Assembly: GCA_050331735.1 (NCBI GenBank)
Contig: JBHJGN010000015.1
Location: forward strand, 32,001 to 96,000
Direction: 5' to 3'
Length of the DNA: 64,000 nucleotides
Source: Cyanophyceae cyanobacterium
Lineage (GTDB): Bacteria; Cyanobacteriota; Cyanobacteriia; Cyanobacteriales; JBHJGN01
The notes below the pieces were generated by a model. It did no database searches, was not told the DNA's origin, and saw only the letters and a list, made by a program, of their open reading frames with translations. The translations under genes and the position numbers were made by a program. Positions 10,343 to 19,026 of the stretch are shown here, one piece after another; the stretch's first letter is position 1, and each line of letters opens with the position of its first letter.

Positions 10343-12307
10343 ATGAGAAGAAAACCCGAACAAACAAAGCGGTTGGAGGTCGGAAAAGCCTTCCCCCGCT
10401 CGAATACAGCTTTATCTAAACAGTCTCATCGAGAGCGAGATATGTCTTCTCATCCAGCGGCTCAGCCGGGAACCGAATCAAATACCACTCCTCAACGAGG
10501 GTGGTTGAGCTTTCCGTGGTTAGCAGCCCTGCTGATTGTCATTTTTGGAAGCGTTGGCTTTGTGGCCACTTCGGCTTTACTCAAGCTACCGGCGGTCGCC
10601 AACTGTCCGAAGATTTTCTTGCCTTTGGCTTCGGCTTCCAAGCGCCTGTACTGTGCCCAAGTGGAAGCCGAGAAAGCGACGGTCGATAGTCTTTTAGAAG
10701 CGATCGCCTTAGTCAAAGGCTTACCCGCTAATCATCCCCTCCGCAGCGATATTGACCATTTAGTTGAGCAATGGTCGGTCGAGATTCTCGATTTAGCCGA
10801 AGCCGATTTTCAAGCGGGTAAACTGAAGACGGCGGTTGCTACGGCCCGCCGCATTCCTCAGAACGTACGCGCCTATAGTTTGGTTGAAGAACGAGTTGAG
10901 CGCTGGCAAACAATTTGGTCCAAAGCCGAGCAAATCGCTGCCGCCACCGAAAAACAACTGCGTCAGTCTAACTGGAACGAGGCTTTTCGAGCAGCGGTTA
11001 AACTTGTCCAGCTCGATAATCACTACTGGGCCACGACGAAGTATCGCGAAACCGTTGATACAATTCAGGTAGCCCGCCAGGAAAGCCAAAAGCTTGATGA
11101 CGCTTTTGCCGCCCTGGAAACAGATAGCGTTGACGACTGGCTGGAAGCCGTTGCCGAAGCGGATCGGATCGCCACCAGCAGCTATGTCTATCAAGAAGCT
11201 CAAGAATTAATTGAGCAAGCCCGAGAAAAGTTCCTCGGCTACATCCAGAGACTCCTCGTCAATCGGAACTGGCAGCCGCTGCTCTCGGTGACAAATCGGC
11301 TACCGGGGAGCTTAGAGCTAGAACAGGTAGACGAATGGCGACAGCTAGCCAGGGCCGGAACCAGCGCTGACCAAGGCACGATTTCTAGCTTAGAGAGAGC
11401 CATCGCAGAGGCAGAAAGAATTGAGGAAGACAGTGCTCTTTACGCAGATGCCCAGCAGCTCGTCGAGCGCTGGTATCTGGAAATTGACGACCTGCACCAT
11501 CTCTTGCAGGCGCGGGAACTAGCGCGTGCTGGCAACATCGGCGCTCTGTCAGAAGCGATCGCGGAGGCTCGCGTTATTCCGCGAGCCAATCCCCGTTACC
11601 AAGAAGCCCAGGCGGAAATTCAGGACTGGAGACGCCAAATTGAAACCATTGAAGACCAGCCGTACCTCTCTCGGGCCAGAGAGTTAGCCAGCGGCGGCAC
11701 GATCCGAGCGTGGCAGGCGGCGATCGCCCAAGCTCGCCTCATTGCTTCTGGACGCGCTCTGCATTCAGAAGCCCAGAGAGAAATCCGCCGCTGGCGCAAC
11801 AGAATTGAACGCGAGGAAGATCAGCCTTATCTCGATGAGGCCGTCGCATTGTCCTACTCGAAGAATTACGCCGACGCGATTAACTTCGCGCAGCAAATTC
11901 GACCGGGAAGAGTGCTTTATGAAGAAGCGCGGAACAAAATTCAAGCATGGCAGCGAGAGATTCGGGCGGAGGAACTGATCGAAAGAGCTTATGAAGTGGC
12001 TCGTTCGAGAACGCCAGCCGCTCTGCTTGAGGCTATCAGAATTGCGCAGCAGGTGCCTGCGTCAACCGAGCCGAAGCGGGAAAGCCAGCAGGCTCTCAAC
12101 CGCTGGGGAAATCAGCTCTTAGCGATCGCCATCGACACCGCAGATAATTCTTTAAGAGACGCCATTGACCTGGCCGCCAAAATTCCCTCCGGCACTGAAG
12201 CCTACCAACCAGCGCAGGCGCAAATTGCTCGGTGGGAAGCCAGACTGAATCCCCCACCGTTAGTGATTCCGGAGTCTCCCTTCAGCGAAGAACCGCAGGA
12301 ACTGTAA
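10343..12307 (+). CDS. Membrane-anchored alpha-helical repeat protein (conserved cyanobacterial hypothetical); start may be 10442
   Basis: N-terminal TM (WLAALLIVIFGSVGFV), CPKIFLP...LYCAQ Cys pair, repeated AI.xA..IP....Y.EAQ..I..W helical units. Confidence 0.8.
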   Translation: MRRKPEQTKRLEVGKAFPRSNTALSKQSHRERDMSSHPAAQPGTESNTTPQRGWLSFPWLAALLIVIFGSVGFVATSALLKLPAVANCPKIFLPLASASKRLYCAQVEAEKATVDSLLEAIALVKGLPANHPLRSDIDHLVEQWSVEILDLAEADFQAGKLKTAVATARRIPQNVRAYSLVEERVERWQTIWSKAEQIAAATEKQLRQSNWNEAFRAAVKLVQLDNHYWATTKYRETVDTIQVARQESQKLDDAFAALETDSVDDWLEAVAEADRIATSSYVYQEAQELIEQAREKFLGYIQRLLVNRNWQPLLSVTNRLPGSLELEQVDEWRQLARAGTSADQGTISSLERAIAEAERIEEDSALYADAQQLVERWYLEIDDLHHLLQARELARAGNIGALSEAIAEARVIPRANPRYQEAQAEIQDWRRQIETIEDQPYLSRARELASGGTIRAWQAAIAQARLIASGRALHSEAQREIRRWRNRIEREEDQPYLDEAVALSYSKNYADAINFAQQIRPGRVLYEEARNKIQAWQREIRAEELIERAYEVARSRTPAALLEAIRIAQQVPASTEPKRESQQALNRWGNQLLAIAIDTADNSLRDAIDLAAKIPSGTEAYQPAQAQIARWEARLNPPPLVIPESPFSEEPQEL

Positions 12308-12308
12308 A

Positions 12309-12330
12309 GCGCCGCAGGCGCGGGGAAGCA
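12309..12330. repeat. Hairpin repeat unit (GCGCC-GCA-GGCGC + GGGGAAG)
   Basis: Same 13-mer hairpin at 45312; 1 nt after the stop codon. Confidence 0.7.
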
Positions 12331-12528
12331 GCTTTCGCGCTCGGGAGATAAAACTGGCAGCGACTTCGGCGAGGATTGTTCCTTCCCATCACTCCGTTAC
12401 AAAGGGGGCGATCGCCTCGCCTCCTGGCGACAACTCACCTCTAGAGGCTACATCAAAAGCTCTGCTTGCCGTCCCCAGTTTTGATAGGTTAAATAGTAAT
12501 GAGCAATACCTAATCGGGGTTGAGAAGC

Positions 12529-14370
12529 ATGGCGCTAATTGTTCAAAAGTACGGAGGAACGTCCGTTGGTTCGGTAGGCAGAATTAAAGCAGTAGCGGAA
12601 CGAGTGCTGAAAACGCTTGACAACAATCATTCCGTTGTTGTCGTCGTTTCGGCAATGGGCAAAACGACAGATAGGCTCGTTGGTTTAGCCAAGGAAATCT
12701 CCGCTCATCCCAGTCGTCGAGAGATGGATATGCTGCTGTCTACTGGAGAGCAAGTGTCGATCGCGCTACTGAGTATGGCGCTTCAGGAGCAAGGACAGGC
12801 GGCAATTTCTCTCACTGGCGCTCAGGTAGGAATTGTTACCGAAGCCGAATACAGTCGCGCCCGCATTCTTCAGATTAAAACCGAGCGCATTAAGCGCCAT
12901 CTCCACAAAGGAGAGGTGGTCGTCGTGGCCGGATTTCAGGGGATGAGCAGCAGCGCCGATTTTGAAATCACCACCCTCGGACGCGGCGGTTCTGATACCA
13001 CCGCCGTCGCTTTAGCTGCTTCTCTAGGAGCAGAACGCTGCGAAATTTATACCGACGTTCCCGGCATTTTGACGACCGATCCTCGCCTCGTCCCGGATGC
13101 TCAACTGATGTCAGAGATTACCGCCGATGAAATGCTGGAGTTAGCCAGTTTAGGTGCGAAGGTGCTGCACCCAAGAGCCGTAGAAATTGCTCGGAACTAT
13201 GGAGTTCCTCTGGTGGTGCTGTCAAGCTGGAGTGAAGATTTAGGAACTAAAGTTGTGTCTCCGCTGCCCAATCCGCGTTCTCTTAGGGGGCTAGAAATTA
13301 CTAAAGCCGTCGATGCGGTTGAGTTTAGTACCGATCAGGCCAAAGTAGCGCTCTTGAGAGTGCCGGATTGCCCCGGGGTGGCGGCCCGTTTGTTTGGCGA
13401 AATCGCCCACCAAAACGTCGATGTTGACCTGGTGATTCAATCGATTCACGAAGGCAACAGCAACGATATTGCCTTTACGGTAGTGCAGGGAGTACTCAGC
13501 AAAGCCGAAGCCGTGGCCGAAGCGATCGCCCCTGCGCTGCGCAGCCACCCGACTGCCACCGAGGAGGCAGAGGTGATGGTGGAGCGGCAAATTGCCAAAG
13601 TCGCCATTTCAGGAGCCGGGATGATCGGTCGTCCCGGGATCGCCGCTCGCCTGTTTACCACCCTATCCGAGGCCGGAGTTAACATCGAGATGATTTCTAC
13701 CTCCGAAGTCAAGGTAAGCTGCGTCATTGATGCGTCAGCGTGCGATCGCGCGATCGCCGCTCTTTGCCGCGCTTTTGAGATTAATAGTTCTCCCGTTCAC
13801 TTAGCAGCCTCCTCAGCAGTCTTGCCGCCAGTGCGGGGAGTGGCACTAGATGTCAATCAAGCCCGCCTTGCTATTCGTCACGTTCCAGACCGCCCTGGTT
13901 TGGCCGCGCGAATCTTTGGTTTGCTGGCGCAGCACAACATCAGCGTAGACATGATTATTCAATCTCAGCGCTGCCGCATTATTAATAGCATTCCCACCCG
14001 CGACATCGCCTTTACGGTAGCGCAGGCCGACGCTCAAGCGGCCATTACTGCCTTGAAGAGCCTAGCTCCTACGATTAACTGTGGCGAAATCTCTCTCGAT
14101 ATAGAAATTGCCAAGGTTAGCATTGTGGGGGCAGGAATGGTCGGTCAACCCGGCGTGGCGGCTCGCTTATTTGCCGCTCTAGCCCAACAGAAGATTAATA
14201 TTCAGATGATTACTACATCCGAAATCAAAATTAGCTGCGTTGTCTCTCAAGAAGATGGAGTGAGTGCTTTAAAAGCCGCCCACGAAGCGTTTGAGTTGGC
14301 AGGTGATTGTCCCTCCGGGACGGGGAAAGGGGAAAGGGAAATTTGTCCCTCCGGGACGGGGAAAGGGTAA
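12529..14370 (+). CDS. lysC: Aspartate kinase (cyanobacterial long form with multiple ACT domains), repeat-derived C-terminal tail
   Basis: [39 protein letters not shown]; repeated ACT units ([17 protein letters not shown]). Confidence 0.97.
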   Translation: MALIVQKYGGTSVGSVGRIKAVAERVLKTLDNNHSVVVVVSAMGKTTDRLVGLAKEISAHPSRREMDMLLSTGEQVSIALLSMALQEQGQAAISLTGAQVGIVTEAEYSRARILQIKTERIKRHLHKGEVVVVAGFQGMSSSADFEITTLGRGGSDTTAVALAASLGAERCEIYTDVPGILTTDPRLVPDAQLMSEITADEMLELASLGAKVLHPRAVEIARNYGVPLVVLSSWSEDLGTKVVSPLPNPRSLRGLEITKAVDAVEFSTDQAKVALLRVPDCPGVAARLFGEIAHQNVDVDLVIQSIHEGNSNDIAFTVVQGVLSKAEAVAEAIAPALRSHPTATEEAEVMVERQIAKVAISGAGMIGRPGIAARLFTTLSEAGVNIEMISTSEVKVSCVIDASACDRAIAALCRAFEINSSPVHLAASSAVLPPVRGVALDVNQARLAIRHVPDRPGLAARIFGLLAQHNISVDMIIQSQRCRIINSIPTRDIAFTVAQADAQAAITALKSLAPTINCGEISLDIEIAKVSIVGAGMVGQPGVAARLFAALAQQKINIQMITTSEIKISCVVSQEDGVSALKAAHEAFELAGDCPSGTGKGEREICPSGTGKG

Positions 14371-14415
14371 GTCGCTCCGCGACCACGGAAAAGACGCAGG
14401 ATTAAGGAGCAAACA
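14309..14415. repeat. Hairpin/GGGGAAA repeat cluster overlapping the lysC 3' end
   Basis: GTCCC-TCC-GGGAC at 14309 and 14345, GTCGC-TCC-GCGAC at 14371. Confidence 0.85.
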
Positions 14416-14564
14416 CCTTATACCGGTTAGCCATGTTATTATCTTGCAGATAATTTTCTCTATGCTATCGCTTAGTCAACTGGATTGACCAACTCCCACG
14501 GCTAAAAGCACGTGGGATTCAAGGTTCAAGCAGAGATTGCTGCCTCAGACAGACTGACATCTCC

Positions 14565-15134
14565 TCACCTCAGAGTTGTAGCCCCAACTCTATGAATTAC
14601 TCGGCTGGCGTTGGCATCGCGTCTGTGCTTAGTCGAACAGCCTGGACACACCCAATAACGCTTGTTCAAGTCAAGCTTATCGATCACAAAACCACACTCA
14701 GAACAGGTTTTAGAGCTAGGAAGCCAACGGTCAATATAGCTAACTACCTTGCCTTTTTTCTCGGCTACAAAGTCCAGGATTTTCAGGAACTCAGCAAACG
14801 CCAAGTCACTAATTTTCCGACCCCACAAACGCTGCATTCCCTTGAGGCTAAGAGTTTCAAAGAATAAATAGTCAAACTTGTCGGTCAACTGATGTGCTAG
14901 CTTCCAAAACCAATCAGAGCGACGATTAACTACTTTCTCGTGCACTCGAACTAGGTTTTGTCTTGCCTTTTCTCGACTCCTAGAACCTCTCTTCTTTGTA
15001 GAATGCTGACGACTAGCTAGCTTTAGCTGCTTGAGAGATTGTTTAAGGAACAATGGCGATTTAATATCGATGCCGTCCGAGCAAGTTAGAAACGTTTTGC
15101 AGCCAAAATCAAAGCCTGCGCTGTTACCTGTCAT
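14565..15134 (-). CDS. tnpB: TnpB C-terminal part (RuvC + zinc ribbon)
   Basis: GFDFG (RuvC-I D), FFETL (RuvC-II E), SSKTCSECG...CPGC, RRDANA (RuvC-III D). Confidence 0.88.
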   Translation of the reverse strand: MTGNSAGFDFGCKTFLTCSDGIDIKSPLFLKQSLKQLKLASRQHSTKKRGSRSREKARQNLVRVHEKVVNRRSDWFWKLAHQLTDKFDYLFFETLSLKGMQRLWGRKISDLAFAEFLKILDFVAEKKGKVVSYIDRWLPSSKTCSECGFVIDKLDLNKRYWVCPGCSTKHRRDANASRVIHRVGATTLR

Positions 15135-15649
15135 GGCTGAGGCTTGTGATTGTCTACAAAATCTGTCACGACATACACAAACAACTCGCCTAGAGCATTG
15201 CGTTTGATCGTGACTGTTTTAATCTTCCCTTGGATTTCTCGACTGAGCCAGAATTTAAAGACTCGCTTTCCAATCCTCAACTGATTACCAGCCAAGAAGT
15301 TGTAGCCATTCTGCTTGAGCGTAATAGATTTATACTTAATTCTCTTTCTAAAGTTTGGTGGTCTAACTCCCTTACTGTGGCGTTTGAAAAATAGCTGATA
15401 GGCTCGGTCTATCCGCTGAACAATATCCTGAACAGCCTGTGCGTTAACCAAGAGCCAATAAGCGTTTCTACGTCTGAGCTTAGCTATATGCTTCATCAGC
15501 TTGTTCGGGTTCAAATGTTTCTTGAACATCCGATAATAGCGCTTATGCAAAGCAATACAGTGGTTATAGACACTGCTGGCTGCATTGATAGCGCGATGCA
15601 GATGTTTGTTTCGTTTGTGGTGATATAGCTTGAATTTAAACGTTTTCAC
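15131..15649 (-). CDS. tnpB: TnpB N-terminal part; ends in an ATGA overlap with the C-terminal ORF (frameshift or split gene)
   Basis: KTFKFKLY, VYNHCIAL, QAVQDIVQRIDRAYQLFF, PNFRKR, IKTVTIKRN motifs typical of a TnpB N-half. Confidence 0.88.
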   Translation of the reverse strand: MKTFKFKLYHHKRNKHLHRAINAASSVYNHCIALHKRYYRMFKKHLNPNKLMKHIAKLRRRNAYWLLVNAQAVQDIVQRIDRAYQLFFKRHSKGVRPPNFRKRIKYKSITLKQNGYNFLAGNQLRIGKRVFKFWLSREIQGKIKTVTIKRNALGELFVYVVTDFVDNHKPQP

Positions 15650-15687
15650 ACGTCTATAATAACACTAGATAGACATAAGTGATAGAC

Positions 15688-16083
15688 ATGACAGAGAGAT
15701 ATAGACGAACACACACAACCGTTTCAGACGTTAATTATCATTTCATCTGGATCCCGAGAAGACGACGGAAGGTATTAAAGGGGGAGATCCAAAAAAGGCT
15801 TAACGAACTGATCCATCAAGCCTGATCCGAACTAGATTGTCGATTAATTTCTCTTGCCATAGAACCTGACCACGTGCATCTATTCATCAATGCACCTTGT
15901 CATTTGGGTATTCCAGCTATCATGCACAAAGTCAAAGGCGCATCGGCTAGATATTTAAGAAAAGAGTTTCCCCAGTTGATGAAGCTGCCTTCAATGTGGA
16001 CTCGCAGCTATTTTGTTTCTACGGCTGGACAAGTTAGCTTAGAGACAAGTACAGAATATGTCGAAGCACAAGGAAAAGACTGA
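15688..16083 (+). pseudogene. tnpA: IS200/IS605 Y1 transposase with in-frame TGA
   Basis: ATG 15688 reads MTERYRRTHTTVSDVNYHFIWIPRRRRKVL...HQA*, TGA at 15823-15825; same frame continues DHVHL (HUH), WTRSYF, EYVEAQ. Confidence 0.9.
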
Positions 16084-16277
16084 CTGCGGTTAAAACCGCC
16101 AGCTCGTTTTTCTACCCACGGCTGAAGCTCGTGGGCTATCAAACTGCGACGGTTCCTGTATTGCCGTAGCAGAGAGTTTTGCCGATGCGAGACTTCCGAT
16201 TATTCCACTCCTGAGTCACGATTAGAAGAATCTAATCTACTTGCGTTAAACTCACCATAGATGACGCTTGCAAATTC

Positions 16278-17420
16278 ATGCCAGATTTCAAAGAAGCATC
16301 GAATACAGCGTTCGATCGTCAGATGATGCAGCGGTGTCTTCAGCTCGCTCGTCGGGCGCTCGGGCAAACTTCACCAAATCCGCTGGTAGGAGCGGTGATT
16401 GTTCGTGATGGCGAAATCGTTGGCGAAGGATTCCATCCTGGTGCTGGACAGCCCCATGCGGAAGTGTTTGCCCTCAGAGAAGCCGGGGAACAGGCGAAGG
16501 AGGCTACAGCCTACGTTAGCTTAGAACCTTGCAATCATTTCGGACGGACGCCGCCCTGTTCAGAAGCGCTGGTTGCGGCTGGAGTGGCTAAGGTGGTGGT
16601 TGGCATGGTCGATCCCGATCCCCGCGTCTCTGGAGGCGGGATTGAACGACTGCGGAGTGCCGGGATTGAAGTGGTTGTTGGGGTAGAAGAAGCAGCCTGT
16701 CGTCAGCTCAATGAAGCTTTTATTCATCGCGTTCTTTACCAGCGTCCCTTTGGAATTTTGAAGTATGCTATGACCCTAGACGGCAAAATTGCCACCCAAA
16801 AGAGTCATAGTGCCTGGATCACTGGAGTTGCCGCCCGTCGCCAGGTCCATCAGCTTCGAGCGGCCTGCGATGCGGTGATCGTTGGCGGCAATACCGTTCG
16901 TCAAGACAACCCCCGCCTCACCAGTCATCAGGCTGGAGCGCACAATCCCTTACGGGTGGTGATGAGTCGCACGTTAGAGTTACCGCTGGAGTCCCATCTC
17001 TGGCAAACTGAGGAAGCGCCTACGTTAGTTCTGACTCAAAAAGGAGCTAATTTGCCGCTGCAAGAGCAGCTCCGGCATAACAAAGTCGAGGTTGTTGAGC
17101 TATTGACCCTGACGCCAACAGCGGCCTTGGCTCATCTCTACGAGCGCCAGTTGAATAGCGTCCTGTGGGAATGTGGCGGAGTGCTGGCTGCCAGGGCGAT
17201 CGCTGAAGGAGCTATCCAAAAGGTGGCTGCATTTGTTGCTCCTAAAATTATTGGAGGCCAAGGCGCTCCTTCCCCGGTTGGCGATTTAGGATTAGGTAGA
17301 ATGACCGATGCTTTGGAGCTGGAAAAAGTATCGCTGCGCTTGGTAGAATCTGATTTCTTAGTGGAGGGATATTTGCCTGCTCAGGCGTGGTTATCGAAGC
17401 TGGGGGGGCTAGATAGATAG
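16278..17420 (+). CDS. ribD: Riboflavin biosynthesis deaminase/reductase
   Basis: TSPNPLVGAV, HAE, LEPCNHFGRTPPC, LKYAMTLDGK, ECGG. Confidence 0.96.
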   Translation: MPDFKEASNTAFDRQMMQRCLQLARRALGQTSPNPLVGAVIVRDGEIVGEGFHPGAGQPHAEVFALREAGEQAKEATAYVSLEPCNHFGRTPPCSEALVAAGVAKVVVGMVDPDPRVSGGGIERLRSAGIEVVVGVEEAACRQLNEAFIHRVLYQRPFGILKYAMTLDGKIATQKSHSAWITGVAARRQVHQLRAACDAVIVGGNTVRQDNPRLTSHQAGAHNPLRVVMSRTLELPLESHLWQTEEAPTLVLTQKGANLPLQEQLRHNKVEVVELLTLTPTAALAHLYERQLNSVLWECGGVLAARAIAEGAIQKVAAFVAPKIIGGQGAPSPVGDLGLGRMTDALELEKVSLRLVESDFLVEGYLPAQAWLSKLGGLDR

Positions 17421-17455
17421 AGCTCAGGGAACGTGGCCCTTTCTGGCAGTTACAC

Positions 17456-17492
17456 AGAGAGGGTTTAACGCTTTGAGCATCAAACCCTCTCT
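17456..17492. terminator. Inverted repeat between convergent genes, probable bidirectional terminator
   Basis: AGAGAGGGTTT...AAACCCTCTCT 11-bp stem. Confidence 0.6.
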
Positions 17493-17515
17493 ATCGAGTA
17501 CTGCTAGCATACTTA

Positions 17516-17752
17516 TCAATTGGTGAAGTTTTCTGCTGAGCGCTTACTCATTTTGTCTAAACCAAAAGGGATCGACATAATTAATAGCTTGATTACCCAA
17601 GGAGCTAGAAACAGAGTTGTTAGGGAAGCGAGTAAGGCAGCAAAGGCCATCGCAACTTTAACAACTTCTTCTTGAGAAATGACGCTTAGACAAGCAGTAA
17701 CTGTTGCAATCGCAAAGGATACTAAAGAAAGAAATAGCATCGTCAGGAACAC
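17516..17752 (-). CDS. Small hydrophobic membrane protein
   Basis: 78 aa, two hydrophobic helices, APW motif; AAAGG upstream of GTG. Confidence 0.65.
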   Translation of the reverse strand: MFLTMLFLSLVSFAIATVTACLSVISQEEVVKVAMAFAALLASLTTLFLAPWVIKLLIMSIPFGLDKMSKRSAENFTN

Positions 17753-18065
17753 CTTTTCTATAAAGACGTTAGATGCGTTCCTTCGGTTTATTGGACCTAC
17801 TTCCGTCTTTCCTCTGTCTTAATCAGTCAGTGAAAAGATGAACGACGTGTATTTTGTATACTTATATAAACTATATAACTTCCCGTGAGTCTGTCAAGCT
17901 CTGCGTCAAAGTTTGTTGACGAAAACAGTGCCCCTGGTTAAGGGGCGAGCACTCACTATTGCCTTGCTGTCAAGCTCCTATGTCTTAACCGTTAGCTTGT
18001 GGACTTCGGCTAACAGCGATTGAAGTGAATCGCCTATTCACAATGTCTAACCAAGACCGACAATT

Positions 18066-18680
18066 CTATACCGCCGGATCGCGATCGAGAATAACAATGT
18101 GGCGATCGCTTCCTAAAGCAATCAGTTCCCGACGCTGGAACTCTCCTAATAACCGCGTCACCGTGACTCTAGTTGTCCCAATTGCGTTAGCAATATTTTG
18201 GTGAGTAAAGCGAACGGCTAAGCGAGTCCCTCCAGAAATAGGCTCTCCCATTTCCTGTTTGAGCAATAGCAACAGTTCGTGTAGCCTCTCCTCTACCCGG
18301 CGCAAACCAGCAATCGACAATAAAGCTTCTGTCTGTCTCACGCGACGCACTACTCCCCCCAGTATCGTTTGAGCAAGCTGAGCAGATGTTTCAATTTCGC
18401 CCAAAGAGTACCAGCGCAAATAAACATCCGATAGAGCTTTCGCCTGATAAGGCTCAACGCGAGTTAGCCAAGTTCCAAAGAAGGTTGCTGGTTTGGCCCA
18501 TCCAAGCAGTAGTTCCTCGCCGCTGTGATGAATTTTACTGAGTTGGACAACGCCGCGATAAACCTGCCAAACCCCCTGTGCTACTAATGGAATTTCATCT
18601 CCCTTGTCATAGAAGTGAAGCCTTCTTCCTTCCCCGTACTCTTGAGCTTTTTCGAGCTTCCCTTTGTCGGTTACAAGCAT
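18066..18680 (-). CDS. Crp/Fnr family transcriptional regulator
   Basis: N-terminal cNMP-like domain; HTH THQNIANAIGTTRVTVTRLL. Confidence 0.92.
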   Translation of the reverse strand: MLVTDKGKLEKAQEYGEGRRLHFYDKGDEIPLVAQGVWQVYRGVVQLSKIHHSGEELLLGWAKPATFFGTWLTRVEPYQAKALSDVYLRWYSLGEIETSAQLAQTILGGVVRRVRQTEALLSIAGLRRVEERLHELLLLLKQEMGEPISGGTRLAVRFTHQNIANAIGTTRVTVTRLLGEFQRRELIALGSDRHIVILDRDPAV

Positions 18681-19026
18681 TTATTTTGTCAGCCGATTGG
18701 CTTAGAGAAAGTGCCTTTTACGTCAAAGGCTATCCGCTTTAGGTAAACATTCGGTAATCGTCTGATTAAATTACAGCTAATTTCCCATAAAGTATGACCA
18801 GGGGCATCTTTTAAACCTCTCTCTCATGGGTTGAAGAACCCTTTGTCGAATGCATGCATGCAATAGCCTGTCAATTATACAGTTTTGATTCAAGTCATTC
18901 CGCAATTTCCGCTATTTACACACCTTTCTTCGCGGCTTATCTTGTAAACAAAGCATATTCTATGGAATATCAGCCCATTCCTAGCCACTTGCAGTTTTTT
19001 CTCAGGGATGCAATTAGGAGCCAAAT

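Larger units (their letters stand above)
14485..16158 (-). mobile_element. IS200/IS605-family element (divergent tnpA and tnpB), defective; left end approximate
   Basis: Related subterminal hairpins CCCACG-GCTAAAAGCA-CGTGGG (14495-14516) and CCCACG-GCTGAAGCT-CGTGGG (16115-16135); TCAA terminus on the minus strand at 14485-14488; tnpA and tnpB between them. Confidence 0.9.

Noticed and set aside
14308..14367. GTGK(G) in the LysC and CbiET tails as Walker A motifs
   Set aside because: They are translations of the GGGACGGGGAAAGGG repeat, with no surrounding P-loop fold.
16138..16142. TTGAT (minus strand) as an ISDra2-like TAM
   Set aside because: It abuts the left-end hairpin in the same position as TTGAA at the right-end hairpin, so it is more likely an internal guide sequence than the flanking target.
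17847..17861. GTA...TAC as an NtcA box upstream of the small membrane gene
   Set aside because: Spacing is N7, not the N8 of the NtcA consensus.
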